Source: Armatimonadota bacterium (GTDB lineage Bacteria; Sysuimicrobiota; Sysuimicrobiia; Sysuimicrobiales; Kaftiobacteriaceae). Taken from it: a DNA stretch of 64,000 bases. The DNA is taken from positions 1 through 64,000 of the forward strand of contig JBBIUY010000014.1 in NCBI GenBank assembly GCA_037440005.1, written 5' to 3'. Within the stretch, counting starts at the first letter, position 1. Every line of letters begins with the position of its first letter. Of this stretch, positions 8,960 through 19,141 are shown one piece after another. Under the pieces are notes generated by a model that worked only from the letters and a program-made list of their open reading frames with translations, had not been told where the DNA came from and did no database searches. Made by a program: the position numbers and the translations under genes.

Positions 8960-10495
8960 TCATTTCCAGGCCGCGTCCACCATGGTCAGGAGCAGGTCCG
9001 GCCGCGGCGTCCACTCCAGGCTGCGGTGCATCCCGTAGACGTTGGGCGCGGTGAACAGGGAGATGGCCGGGGCCTCCTCCAGGTACAGGGCCTGGATCCG
9101 CCGGGAGACCTCCCGCATCCGCGCCTCGTCGGTCGCGGTGTCGGCCGACTCCACCAGCTGGTCGAACTGCGGGTTGCCGGGGCGCCACAGGGACCACTCC
9201 CCGCGCGAGTAGAAGGCGCGGAACGGGATGATGTAGCTCAGGCCGAAGAAGTCGGTAAAGCGCGTGAACCAGCCGTCTTCGGCCAGCTGGCGGGCCTGCA
9301 CGGTGCGCAGCTGCACACCGTACTCGGTCACGTTCACCCGGGCGCGCACCCCCACCCGGGCCAGCTGGTCGGCCACGGCCAGGGTGATGTCCCGGTCGCC
9401 CGGGTAGGCGCCGCTGGTGGTGGTGATGGAAAAATCAATACCGTCTGCGTAGCCGGCCTCCCGCAGCAGCGCCCGGGCGCGGTCGGGGTTGTAGGAGAAC
9501 CCCGCCAGGGAGGTGTCGCAGCCCAGCATGACCTCGGTGCAGAAGGTGCCGACCGGAGACCCCACGCCGCGCATCACGCTGGCCAGGATGGCCTGGCGGT
9601 CCACGGCGTAGTTGAGGGCCTGCCGGACCCGGCGGTCCGCCAGGGGCTTGTCCCGGGGGATGTTCACCAGGTTGTAGATCACGAAGAAGACGCTCAGGCT
9701 CTTGCCGGGCACCAGCTTGGCGCGCCCCGACAGCTGCAGGGGGCGGAAGAGCTCCGGGGGCACCAGGTTGATGAGGTGCACCGACCCGGTCAGCAGTTCG
9801 GCCAGGCGGGACGACTCGGACGGGATGGCGCGGAAGATCACCCGGCCGATGCGCGGGCGGCCGCCCCAGTAGGCAGGGTTGGCCTCCAGCTCGACGCGGT
9901 CATCCCGCACCCACCGGACGAACCGGTAGGGGCCGGTGCCCACCGGCTGGCGCGCCAGGGCCTCCTCCCCGTTCTGGGCCAGGTAGCCCGGGGGGACGAT
10001 CATGCCGTAGTAGCCCAGAAAGCGCGGCAGCAGCGGCCAGGGGCGCTCGGTGGTGAACCGGACGGTGTAGTCGTCCACGACGGTGACGGACTTGATCAGC
10101 CGCAGGGCTCCGGCGCCCGGCCAGCGCGTTTTGGGATCCAGCATCCGCTCGAAGGAGAACTTGACCGCCTGGGCGTTGAAGGGCTCGCCGTTGTGGAACC
10201 GCACGCCCTGGCGCAGCCGGAACTCCCAGGTGACGGGGTCCACGGCGCGCCACGAGACGGCCAGCCCCGGGTGGAGGTTGAGGTCGGCGTCGCGCCGGAC
10301 CAGGGTGTCGTAGATGTTGGCCAGGACGTTCATGGCATGGGTCAGAGTCGTCTTGTGGGGATCGCCGGTCTGGATGTCGACACCCTGGGCGACCACCAGG
10401 GCTTCGGGGACTTTGGGCTGGGCCTGGCCCCAGGTCCCGACGCCCACGGCTGTGAGCAGGACCGCCGCCGCAACCGCCACGGATACCGCGCGCAC
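8960..10495 (-). CDS. ABC transporter substrate-binding protein, family 5
   Basis: Signal peptide, WEFRLRQGVRFHNG, PVGTGPY, RVRQALNYAVDR. Confidence 0.9.
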   Translation of the reverse strand: MRAVSVAVAAAVLLTAVGVGTWGQAQPKVPEALVVAQGVDIQTGDPHKTTLTHAMNVLANIYDTLVRRDADLNLHPGLAVSWRAVDPVTWEFRLRQGVRFHNGEPFNAQAVKFSFERMLDPKTRWPGAGALRLIKSVTVVDDYTVRFTTERPWPLLPRFLGYYGMIVPPGYLAQNGEEALARQPVGTGPYRFVRWVRDDRVELEANPAYWGGRPRIGRVIFRAIPSESSRLAELLTGSVHLINLVPPELFRPLQLSGRAKLVPGKSLSVFFVIYNLVNIPRDKPLADRRVRQALNYAVDRQAILASVMRGVGSPVGTFCTEVMLGCDTSLAGFSYNPDRARALLREAGYADGIDFSITTTSGAYPGDRDITLAVADQLARVGVRARVNVTEYGVQLRTVQARQLAEDGWFTRFTDFFGLSYIIPFRAFYSRGEWSLWRPGNPQFDQLVESADTATDEARMREVSRRIQALYLEEAPAISLFTAPNVYGMHRSLEWTPRPDLLLTMVDAAWK

Positions 10496-10928
10496 GCGCA
10501 CTCCCTCCTTTCTGTGGGCCGCCTCCGTCCCCGTCCGGGACGCAGGCGACCGCAACGACGCAACATGTTCGACCCGCGCGGACGTCCGCCCTGCCCGCGG
10601 GTGCGAGCGCGCGGGGAAGAGGTGATTGTTCTCCGGTGATTAACGTGAGCGCGCCGCCGCCACGTGCGGCGGGTGCAGCCGCAGGTCGGTCTCGCCCGGC
10701 GCCCCGGGTCACCGGAGGGCGTATCCGCAGAAGGACGCGTTTTTCTGAAAGTTTACTATCCTAAATCCCTGTTCTGCTCCGCGAGGTCACGCCCTTGCCG
10801 CGGCCGGCTTGCGGGCGTCGGGGAGGTCCTGCCGACAGGGGGGTGCGGGCGCCGGTGTCGAAATGCGGACCCTGAGATCCCTGGCAGGGCAGAGCGGATC
10901 TTATTCTTCTTTTCCGGGGGGATGGACG

Positions 10929-11312
10929 ATGCCGAAGGACCTGACGGTGAGCCTGGAAGACCGGCCCGGGGAGCTGGCGCGCCTGGGCGAGGCCCTGGGC
11001 AAGGCCAAGGTGAACATCGCCGGCGGGTGCGCCGTGACCGCCATGGGCAAGGGGACGATCCACCTCCTGTTCGACGACCGGGCGGTGGAGGCAGCCAAGA
11101 AGGCCCTGCAGGCCGCCGGCATCAAGGTGGAGTCCGAGCAGGACGTCATCGTCCGCAAGATCGCCGACCGGCCGGGGGCGCTGGGCAGGATGGCCCGCAA
11201 ACTGGCCGACGCCGGCGTGAACATCTCGCTGTTCTACGTCGCCACCGACACCCGGGCGGTCTTCGGGGTCAGCGACCTGGCCAAGGCCAAGAAGGCCCTG
11301 GGAGGCCGCTGA
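10929..11312 (+). CDS. Tandem ACT-domain protein
   Basis: Two repeats, EDRPGELARLGEALGKAKVNI and ADRPGALGRMARKLADAGVNI. Confidence 0.85.
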   Translation: MPKDLTVSLEDRPGELARLGEALGKAKVNIAGGCAVTAMGKGTIHLLFDDRAVEAAKKALQAAGIKVESEQDVIVRKIADRPGALGRMARKLADAGVNISLFYVATDTRAVFGVSDLAKAKKALGGR

Positions 11313-11351
11313 GCGGGCCCGGGGTCCGTGCGCGCACACGGCGAAATCCGG

Positions 11352-11500
11352 CATCAGGGATCAGGGATCGGTGATCAGGGATCGGGGATCAGTTGGCCGG
11401 ATTCCTGATCGCGGATCCCTGATCTCGGATCCAGGATCTCTGATCCGGATCTCTGATCCCTGATCCGGATCTCGGATCCCGGATCTCGGATGCCAGATCC
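11352..11500. repeat. GATC-containing heptamer tandem array with two oppositely biased arms
   Basis: 18 GATC sites mostly spaced 7 bp apart: 5 in the left arm (GATCAGG/GATCGGG) and 13 in the right arm (GATCCCT/GATCTCG). Lies between convergent genes. Confidence 0.9.
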
Positions 11501-11512
11501 CGGCTTCTGTCC

Positions 11513-11833
11513 TCAGCGGCGGGAGAACACGCTGAGCGCGTCGGGGCCGATGAAGGCGAACAGGACGATGGCCAGGAAGAACATGGGCGTGACGACGGCG
11601 TAGACCAGGCTAAGCCTCTCGTAGCGCAGGTGCATGAAATAGGCGATGATGAGGGCCGCCTTCATCAGGGCCAGGACCAGCAGGGAGCCGATCAGCAGGG
11701 CCCGCGGGACGTGGACCAGGACGATCCCCAGCTCCAGCAGGGTGATGACCAGCAGCCAGAACCACACCACCCCGTAGATCCGGTATCCGCCGGGGTGCGC
11801 CGTGTGGGTCAGCTGTTCCGCGCCGTGCTCCAT
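11513..11833 (-). CDS. Cytochrome c oxidase subunit IV family protein
   Basis: LALMKAALIIAYFMHLRYE motif; last gene of the cox operon. Confidence 0.85.
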   Translation of the reverse strand: MEHGAEQLTHTAHPGGYRIYGVVWFWLLVITLLELGIVLVHVPRALLIGSLLVLALMKAALIIAYFMHLRYERLSLVYAVVTPMFFLAIVLFAFIGPDALSVFSRR

Positions 11834-11870
11834 CGCCTCTTCCGCCCCCTGCCGTCCGCGTGTTTCAGCG

Positions 11871-12491
11871 CTAGATCAGGTACAGCAGCGTGAAGATGAA
11901 CACCCACACCAGGTCCACGAAGTGCCAGTACAGCCCGGCGATCTCCACGCTCTCGGGCTGGATGCGCCGCAGCGCCCAGCGGGCGGCGGTGGCCAGCAGG
12001 TACAGCACGCCCACCGAGACGTGGCCGCCGTGGAACCCCGTGATGATGAAGAAGGTGGCCGAAAACTGCGGCACCCCCCAGGGGTTCCCGTACAGGCGGG
12101 CGCCCTCGTGGATGAACTTGGTCCACTCGTAGGCCTGGCCCGACAAAAACAGCACCCCGCCCAGGGCCGTCAGCAGCAGGTAGGGGACGACCCGCCCCCG
12201 GTCGCCCCGCTTGGCGGCAGACACGGCCACCGCCATGGTGGCGCTGCTGCAGATGAGGATGAAGGTCATCGCCCCCACCAGGTACAGGTTGAAGATCTCC
12301 GCCTGGACCGGCCAGCGCCCCAGGGACAGGCGCAGGGCGCCGTAGCCGGCCAGCAGGCCGGCGAAGGTGAGGGTGTCGGACACCAAAAACACCCACATCA
12401 TCAGCTTGGGCCACCCCACCGCGAAGGGGGAGCGGCCCCCGCCCCAGTCCGACGCCAGCACCCGATCCTGATCCACCACGTCGTGCGCCAT
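11871..12491 (-). CDS. Cytochrome c oxidase subunit III (second copy)
   Basis: MWVFLVSD, TGFHGGHV, GLYWHFVDLVW. Confidence 0.9.
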   Translation of the reverse strand: MAHDVVDQDRVLASDWGGGRSPFAVGWPKLMMWVFLVSDTLTFAGLLAGYGALRLSLGRWPVQAEIFNLYLVGAMTFILICSSATMAVAVSAAKRGDRGRVVPYLLLTALGGVLFLSGQAYEWTKFIHEGARLYGNPWGVPQFSATFFIITGFHGGHVSVGVLYLLATAARWALRRIQPESVEIAGLYWHFVDLVWVFIFTLLYLI

Positions 12492-12513
12492 CAGCGCCTC
12501 CCGCACCCGGCCG

Positions 12514-13146
12514 TCACAGGCCGAACAGGATCACAAACACATACAGCCACAACCCGGCCAGGGCGTGCCAGTAGGTGGCCGCCGGCTCGGCGGCGTCCAG
12601 GGCCTGCTCGACCGGCGCGCCCGAGCGGGCCAGCGCGTACAGCAGAGCCCCCAGCCCTCCGGCCAGGTGCAGCCCGTGGGTTCCGGTGAGCAGGTAGAAA
12701 AACGCGCTGTGGGGGCTGCTGGCCAAGAACACTCCCGCCGCCGCCAGGTTGCGCCATCCCAGGACCTGGCAGGTCAAAAACAGCGCGCCCAAAGCGGCGG
12801 TGGCCGCCAGACCCCGGCGCAGACCCGCCCGGTCGCCGCGCCGGCCGGCGCGCAGGGAGGCGGCCAGGGTCGCGCTGCTGGCCAGGATGACCGCGGTGCT
12901 GGCCCACAGGATCCGCGGCATCGCCACCGGCGCCCAGTCAGGCTCGGCGCGCCGCGCCAGGTACGTGCTGGTGAAGGCGGCGAACAGGACCACCACGGCC
13001 GCCACCACCAGCCACACCGCCACCCGGGCGGGGTGTACCGGGCGGCCCGCCGTCTCTCCGTCGTGGGGCCCCCGGCCGCCCGGCGCGGCCGCGCGGGGAG
13101 GCGGGGGGACGCGCGGCAGGTCCAGGACCTGGGGAGCCCGGGACAC
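12514..13146 (-). CDS. Cytochrome c oxidase subunit III (first copy)
   Basis: GTG overlaps the subunit I stop; FFYLLTGTHGLHL, TYWHAL..LW. Confidence 0.85.
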   Translation of the reverse strand: MSRAPQVLDLPRVPPPPRAAAPGGRGPHDGETAGRPVHPARVAVWLVVAAVVVLFAAFTSTYLARRAEPDWAPVAMPRILWASTAVILASSATLAASLRAGRRGDRAGLRRGLAATAALGALFLTCQVLGWRNLAAAGVFLASSPHSAFFYLLTGTHGLHLAGGLGALLYALARSGAPVEQALDAAEPAATYWHALAGLWLYVFVILFGL

Positions 13147-14966
13147 TAGGACCCCTCCGTCCGGGGATGGCCCGGGTCCGCAGCTCCGCCGGCCACGGCC
13201 GGGACGGCAGCCGGTGCGGTCTGGGGGATGTAGTCCTCGGCGGCGTCGGGCACGCTGTAGTCGTACGGCCAGCGGTACACCACGGGCAGCTGCGGGCCCC
13301 AGTTGCCGTGAGGGGGAGGGGAATCGGCCTGCCACTCCAGGGTGTTGGCCCGCCACGGGTTGCGCGCGGCCCGCGGGCCCCGCACCAGGCTGTAGATGAC
13401 GTTGGCCACGAAGACCAGCTGCGCCAGCCCCAGTCCGAAGGCGGCGAGGGAGACGACGACGTTCAGCGGCTGCAGCGGCCGCAGGAACTCGTACATCTGG
13501 GGCGAGTAGTAGCGCCGGGGCTCGCCGGCCAGACCCAAAAAGTGCATGGGGAAGAAGGTGGCGTAGATCCCCACGAAGGTCAGCCAGAAGTGGATCTTGC
13601 CCAGCCGCTCGTCCATCATGCGGCCGAACATCTTCGGGAACCAGTGGTACAGCCCGGCGAACAGGCCGAACAGGGCGGCGCTGGCCATGACGAAGTGGAA
13701 GTGGGCCACCACGAAGAACGTGTCCTGGAAGTAGGTGTCCACCGCCGGCGACCCCAAAAACAGCCCCGTCAGGCCTCCGGTGACGAACAGGGACACAAAG
13801 CCGATGGCGAACAGCATGGCGCAGGTGAACCGGATCCGCGCCCGCCACAGGGTCGCCAGCCAGTTGAAGGTCTTGACCGCCGACGGGATGGCAATGGCCA
13901 GGGTGGTGACCATGAAGGCGGTCCCCACCAGGGGGTTCATCCCGCTGGTGAACATGTGGTGGCCCCATACCACGAAGCTGAGAAAGGCGATGGCGCCCAT
14001 GGAGAGGACCATGGCCCGGTAGCCGAAGATGGGCTTGCGGCCGTGGACGGCCAGGACCTCCGAGACGATGCCCATGGGCGGCAGGATCAGCACGTAGACC
14101 TCCGGGTGGCCCAGGAACCAGAACAGGTGCTGCCACAGCAGGGGGTTGCCGCCCTGGTGGGTGACCAGCTGGCCGCCCACCACCAGGCCCGACGGCACGA
14201 AGAAGCTGGTGCCGGCGTGGCGGTCGAACAGCAGCATAATCACCGCCGCCAGCAGCACGGGGAAGGACAGCAGCATCAGGACGGCGGTGATGAACTGGGC
14301 CCAGGTGACCAGGGGCAGGCGGGTCATGGCCATGCCCCGGGTCCGCAGCTGCAGGACCGTGGTGATGTAGTTGAGGGATCCGAACAGAAAGGCCACGATC
14401 AGGATGCCCAGGCTGACCAGCCACAGGGTCTGGCCCAGCCCCGAGCCCGGGGCCGCCTGGGCCAGCGCCGACAGGGGCGGGTAGGCGGTCCACCCCGAGT
14501 TGGGCGCCCCGCCGGTCACAAAAAAGGCCGCCAGCAGCACCACGATGGCCGGCGGGTACAGCCAGTAGGACAGCATGTTCAGGAACGGGAAGGCCATGTC
14601 CCGGGCGCCGATGGTGAGGGGGATCAGGAAGTTGCCGAATCCCCCCGACAGGGCCGTGGTCAGGACGAAGAAGATCATGATGGTGCCGTGCATGGTCACC
14701 ACGGCCAGGTAGAAGTCGGGCTTCATCACCCCGGCGTCGGTGAACCCGCCCGGGAACAGCCAGCGCACCAGCCCCCACTGGTGGCCCGGCCAGCCCAGCT
14801 GCATGCGGATGAGCATGGCCAGCACGCCGCCCACCGCCGCCATGACCAGGGAGGTCATCAGGTACTGCAGGCCGATGATCTTGTGGTCCTGGCTGAAGAT
14901 GTAGCGCCGCACGAACCCCACCCGGTGCGCTTCCGGCTCGCGGACGTGCGCGTGCGCGACGCTCAT
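13146..14966 (-). CDS. ctaD: Cytochrome c oxidase subunit I, A1 family
   Basis: TMHG, WFLGHPEVY, VWGHHMF, VAHFHFV. Confidence 0.95.
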   Translation of the reverse strand: MSVAHAHVREPEAHRVGFVRRYIFSQDHKIIGLQYLMTSLVMAAVGGVLAMLIRMQLGWPGHQWGLVRWLFPGGFTDAGVMKPDFYLAVVTMHGTIMIFFVLTTALSGGFGNFLIPLTIGARDMAFPFLNMLSYWLYPPAIVVLLAAFFVTGGAPNSGWTAYPPLSALAQAAPGSGLGQTLWLVSLGILIVAFLFGSLNYITTVLQLRTRGMAMTRLPLVTWAQFITAVLMLLSFPVLLAAVIMLLFDRHAGTSFFVPSGLVVGGQLVTHQGGNPLLWQHLFWFLGHPEVYVLILPPMGIVSEVLAVHGRKPIFGYRAMVLSMGAIAFLSFVVWGHHMFTSGMNPLVGTAFMVTTLAIAIPSAVKTFNWLATLWRARIRFTCAMLFAIGFVSLFVTGGLTGLFLGSPAVDTYFQDTFFVVAHFHFVMASAALFGLFAGLYHWFPKMFGRMMDERLGKIHFWLTFVGIYATFFPMHFLGLAGEPRRYYSPQMYEFLRPLQPLNVVVSLAAFGLGLAQLVFVANVIYSLVRGPRAARNPWRANTLEWQADSPPPHGNWGPQLPVVYRWPYDYSVPDAAEDYIPQTAPAAVPAVAGGAADPGHPRTEGS

Positions 14967-15015
14967 AGGCTCTCTCCTCGCTGTCTGTGGATCCCCGACG
15001 CCGGCCCGATCCCTC

Positions 15016-15834
15016 CTACCGGCCCTGCCGGGCCAGCCAGGCCTGGAAGGCGTCGGGGGATTCGACGACGATCCGTCCCCGCATGATGTAGTGGCCCACC
15101 CCGCACAGTTCGGCGCAGGCGAGTTCGTAGGTCCCGGGGCGGGTGGGGGTGAACCACACGTCCACCGTCATCCCGGGCACGGCGTCCTGCTTCACCCGAA
15201 ACGCCGGCACGAAGAAGCTGTGCAGCACGTCCTTGGAACGCAGCCGGATGTGCACGGGCCGGCCGGCCGGCAGGTGCAGCTCCCGGGTGACCACATCGTC
15301 GGCGCCGGCCGGGTCGGCGGGGTCCAGTCCCATGGGATTGTCCCGGGTGCGGATCTGGGCGGGGTCTGTGCGGCCGAAGACGCCGTCGGGACCCGGATAG
15401 CGGAACAGCCACCCGAACTGCTCTCCCCGCACGTCCACGGTGAGGGCGTCGGGCGGGGCGGGGCTGTGCAGGCGGCCCCAGACGGCGCTGCCCATCAGGA
15501 TCAGCGTGGTCAGCACCGCCGCCGGCACTAGGGTGTAGGTGAGTTCCAGGGTGCGGTTGTCGGGCCAGTAGGCCGCGCGCTGGCCCCGGTCGGCGTACCG
15601 CCACACGAAGGCGGCCAGGACCAGGTGTACCAGGACGAAGGCCAGGCCGGTGACGATCAGGGTGGTGTAAATCAGCCTGTCGATGTCGACCCCGTGGGCT
15701 GAGGCCGCCGGCAGCATCCACCAGCGGCCGCGGGCGGCCAGAAACGAGGCCACGCCCCCCACGACCACCAGCACGATCAGCCAGGCCAGCAGCCGGCCGG
15801 CGCGCCGGCTCGTCTCGCCCGAGATGTCAGCCAT
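15016..15834 (-). CDS. ctaC: Cytochrome c oxidase subunit II (CuA)
   Basis: SKDVLHSF, KQDAVPG, CAELCGVGHYIM; no CxxCH. Confidence 0.93.
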   Translation of the reverse strand: MADISGETSRRAGRLLAWLIVLVVVGGVASFLAARGRWWMLPAASAHGVDIDRLIYTTLIVTGLAFVLVHLVLAAFVWRYADRGQRAAYWPDNRTLELTYTLVPAAVLTTLILMGSAVWGRLHSPAPPDALTVDVRGEQFGWLFRYPGPDGVFGRTDPAQIRTRDNPMGLDPADPAGADDVVTRELHLPAGRPVHIRLRSKDVLHSFFVPAFRVKQDAVPGMTVDVWFTPTRPGTYELACAELCGVGHYIMRGRIVVESPDAFQAWLARQGR

Positions 15835-16018
15835 CGAAACGGCCCCTCGCAAATAATGGGGCGGGCGTTCGCCATCCCCAGGCATCTATTTGGCGGGGGG
15901 CCAAAAGGACTCCTGCGAAGACGCCGAAAGTTTGGTGAAGTTAGCGCCGGCAAAAAGGCGCAGGCGGAGGGCGTTTGGATCCCCTCCGCCTGCGTCGGGG
16001 GCGCTCCCGGTCAGGCGC

Positions 16019-16606
16019 TCACGGCGCCTGAGGCTGCTCGCGCACCCTGAAGACCTTGCCCGGCCGCCAGGGCGTGCCCAGCAGGGGCAGCAGCCAGCGG
16101 TCCAGGCCGTAGTGGCCGGCGACCTTCCAGGCCAGGATCAGCAGGATGGCGGCGGTGAACAGCAGGGGGTTGGTGCTGGCGGTGCCCGCCATCATGAAGT
16201 TCCAGTTCATAAAGCCGGCGAAGAAGGCGGCGATCCCCACAAACGCCCCCAGGATCAGCGCCACGCCCACCAGCAGCTCGCCGTAGGCCACCAGTTTGGC
16301 GAACCAGGTGTAGGCCTGGATGTCCAGCAGCCACTGGAGGAAGGCGCGGTACCAGGGGAACGCCACCGGGGGCCGGGCCGGGGGCGGGGGCACCTGGACG
16401 GCGCGCTCCCAGAACGCCTTCAGGGCGGTCCCGGTGCCGGTCCAGGCCTCCACGCCGATCTTGTGCCGGGCGGCGTCCACCCACTGCCAGCCCAGCCACA
16501 CCCGGACCACCGCCCACAGCCAGGCGAACCGGGTGGTGGCGAACAGGGCGCGCGCGAACGGCGGGTCCTGGTAGTGGTCCAGGACCTCGGTCCTGACCTG
16601 TGCCAC
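16019..16606 (-). CDS. DoxX/DoxD (TQO-like) membrane protein
   Basis: RVWLGWQW, GELLVGVALILG, MNWNFMMAGTASTNP, AG.YGLDRW. Confidence 0.8.
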   Translation of the reverse strand: MAQVRTEVLDHYQDPPFARALFATTRFAWLWAVVRVWLGWQWVDAARHKIGVEAWTGTGTALKAFWERAVQVPPPPARPPVAFPWYRAFLQWLLDIQAYTWFAKLVAYGELLVGVALILGAFVGIAAFFAGFMNWNFMMAGTASTNPLLFTAAILLILAWKVAGHYGLDRWLLPLLGTPWRPGKVFRVREQPQAP

Positions 16607-16866
16607 AGTTCTCACCTCCGCATCTGTGCGGGCTGTGGGTCCGGTCCGCCCGCACCGTCGTCGTTGTTGACCACCTCGACCCGGTTTCAGGATATGGCCC
16701 ATGAGGGGGGACGGGGCCATCGGGCCGGCGAAGGAATTCACCATCCGGTGGCGCTCCCTGCCGGGCCGGTGTCCGCCCGAGGCCCACCTCCGGCGCGGAC
16801 CCGATGCCGCCCCTTTGCCGGTCGTCTAGAACCCCCGCCGGCCGGGCACGACACCGGACACCGGAG

Positions 16867-17583
16867 ATGTCCTCCCGCCGCGCGGCCCTGACCGTCCTGG
16901 CGGCCGTCGTGGTGCTGGCGCCCGGCCCGCCGATGGCGGCGGACGAGCCGCCGGCACCCGAGGAGCCCGTGTCGGTCTCTTTTGTGAAGGCCGTCCGGGC
17001 CCAGGCGCGCCGGGAGGCGATCCTGGCGTCGGTGGTGACCCCCCGGCCGGTCCCCGGGATCCCGGCGGTGCCGGCCGGTGTCCGGGTCGCGCAGATGTCG
17101 GCGGCCGTCCTGCCGGTGGACGTCGGATCCGAACCGGAGTCCGCGGTCCGGCGTTTGGCGGTCCTGCCCCGCGACCCGCGCCGCCTGCCCTCCCGGGGCG
17201 CGCGCGCCAGCCTGGTGGCGTCCCCGCTGCTGTGGCCGGCCACCGGCGACCTGAGTTCCTTCTTCGGACTGCGGTGGAACGCCCAGCACAGAGGCATTGA
17301 CATCGCCGCCCCGCCGGGAGCGCCGATCTTCGCGGCGCGGTTCGGGCGGGTGGTGCTGGCCGGGTGGTACGGTGGCTACGGGCTGACGGTGATTCTCGAC
17401 CACGGCGGCGGACTGCAGACGCTGTACGCCCACGCCTCGGCGGTCCTGGTCCGCCCCGGCCAGCAGGTCCGCGCCGGCCAGCTCATCGCCCGGGTGGGCG
17501 ACACCGGCAACTCCACAGGTCCTCACCTGCACTTCGAGTTCCGGATCAACGGCCGCCCGGTGAACCCCCTGCGGTACCTGTGA
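16867..17583 (+). CDS. M23-family metallopeptidase
   Basis: HRGIDI, TLYAH, TGNSTGPHLHFE; signal peptide. Confidence 0.9.
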   Translation: MSSRRAALTVLAAVVVLAPGPPMAADEPPAPEEPVSVSFVKAVRAQARREAILASVVTPRPVPGIPAVPAGVRVAQMSAAVLPVDVGSEPESAVRRLAVLPRDPRRLPSRGARASLVASPLLWPATGDLSSFFGLRWNAQHRGIDIAAPPGAPIFAARFGRVVLAGWYGGYGLTVILDHGGGLQTLYAHASAVLVRPGQQVRAGQLIARVGDTGNSTGPHLHFEFRINGRPVNPLRYL

Positions 17584-17737
17584 CGCGCTGAGAACTGGCG
17601 GACTGCCCGACGACGGTGCCGGCCGGCTGCATGCGGGTGGGCGAAGATGGTTCTCCCGTCCCCCGCTGGCGTCTCCACCCGCCGAGGCGGTAGTCTGGAC
17701 CTGCCCGGGCCCTCGCTGTGAGGCCTCGGCCACGGTC

Positions 17738-19141
17738 ATGTTTCGCCGGATCCGCTGGAAACTGCTGGCGAGTTACCTGGTCGTCGTCACCGCGGCGGTC
17801 GTGTTCCTGGGTGTTCACCTGGCCCGGCAGTTTGAGGCGACCTATACTGCGCAGCTGCAGGAGGATCTTGTCGCCCTGGCCCGGCTGGTCGCCGTCACCG
17901 CTGCAGGAGGTCTCGCCTCCGGCGACGCCGAGGCCGTCCGGCGGTCCCTGGCGGTGGGACAGGAGCAGGAGAGCCCTCTCGTCCTTGTCACCGATGCGTC
18001 CGGCGTCATCGTGGGCGGGCGCGGCGTCCCCGCCCACGGTTTTGCGCGGACCGCGGTGGATCCGGCCGTGCGCCGAGCGCTGGAGGGCGAGGATACGGTC
18101 GGAGTGGGGATCGGGCCGGACGGGAGGGAGGCGGTCTATGCAGCCGTGCCGGCGGTGGCGGGGGGCCGCATCCTCGGCGCCGTGTACGTGGCCCGCCCGC
18201 TGCAGTCACTCCACACGCAGCGACGGCATCTGCGGTGGGTTGTGGCGTGGGGAACCGTGGCGGCGGTGCTCATCGCCGGGGCGCTGGGGCTGCTGCTGGC
18301 GCGTGGCATCGCCGAGCCGGTGCAGGAGATGCAGCGGGTGGCCAGCAGCCTGGCGGCCGGGCGGTTGGGCGAGCGGGTGCCGGTGCGCACCCGCGACGAG
18401 CTGGGTGACTTGGCCCGCTCCCTCAACTACATGGCCAGCGAGCTGGAACGCATTGACTCGCTGCGGCGGGCTTTCGTGGCCGACGCGTCTCATGAGCTGC
18501 GGACGCCGGTGGCCAATCTGGCTGTGGCCGTGGAAGCCCTGAAGGCGGTGATCGGGACCGAACCCGATCAGGCGCGCGCCATCGCCGCCGACATCGAGCG
18601 GGAGGTGGAGCGGCTGCGACGTCTGGTGGACAGCCTGCTGGATCTCTCCCTGGTGGAGGCGGGGAAGGTACGGCTCAGTCTGGCTCCGGTGGCGCCCGCG
18701 GAGGTCGTCGCCAGAGCCGTGGCGCCCTTTCAGCCGCGGGCCGCCCGGGCAGGCGTCACGCTGCGCACCGAGGTCCCCCCGCGGCTGCCGCGGGTGCGGG
18801 CGGACGCCGACCGGACGGTGCAAGTGCTGACGAACCTGCTGGACAACGCCCTGAAGTTCACTCCGGCGGGCGGCACCGTCACCGTCAGTGCCTCCGAGCA
18901 GCGGGGTCGCGTGCTGATCGCCGTGGCCGATACCGGTCCGGGCATACCTGAAGCGGAGCTTCCCCACGTTTTCGACCGGTTCTACAAGGTCGACAGGGCG
19001 CGGGCCGGAAGCCGGGGCGGTGCCGGGTTGGGACTGGCCATCGCCAAACGCCTGGTCGAAGCCCAGGGCGGCATCATCATGGCCGAGAGTCGGGAAGGCC
19101 ACGGGGCCCGCTTTGTGGTGGCGTTGCCCAAAGAGCCCTAG
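17738..19141 (+). CDS. HAMP-domain sensor histidine kinase
   Basis: Two TM segments, HAMP, ASHELRTP, NLLDNALK, DTGPGI, GAGLGLAI. Confidence 0.93.
   Translation: MFRRIRWKLLASYLVVVTAAVVFLGVHLARQFEATYTAQLQEDLVALARLVAVTAAGGLASGDAEAVRRSLAVGQEQESPLVLVTDASGVIVGGRGVPAHGFARTAVDPAVRRALEGEDTVGVGIGPDGREAVYAAVPAVAGGRILGAVYVARPLQSLHTQRRHLRWVVAWGTVAAVLIAGALGLLLARGIAEPVQEMQRVASSLAAGRLGERVPVRTRDELGDLARSLNYMASELERIDSLRRAFVADASHELRTPVANLAVAVEALKAVIGTEPDQARAIAADIEREVERLRRLVDSLLDLSLVEAGKVRLSLAPVAPAEVVARAVAPFQPRAARAGVTLRTEVPPRLPRVRADADRTVQVLTNLLDNALKFTPAGGTVTVSASEQRGRVLIAVADTGPGIPEAELPHVFDRFYKVDRARAGSRGGAGLGLAIAKRLVEAQGGIIMAESREGHGARFVVALPKEP

Noticed and set aside
11352..11500. Possible CRISPR array
   Set aside because: The units are 7 bp with no unique spacers, and there are no cas genes.
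12514..14778. 754-aa ORF suggesting a large fusion
   Set aside because: Only 12514-13146 is subunit III; the rest is an alternative frame over subunit I.
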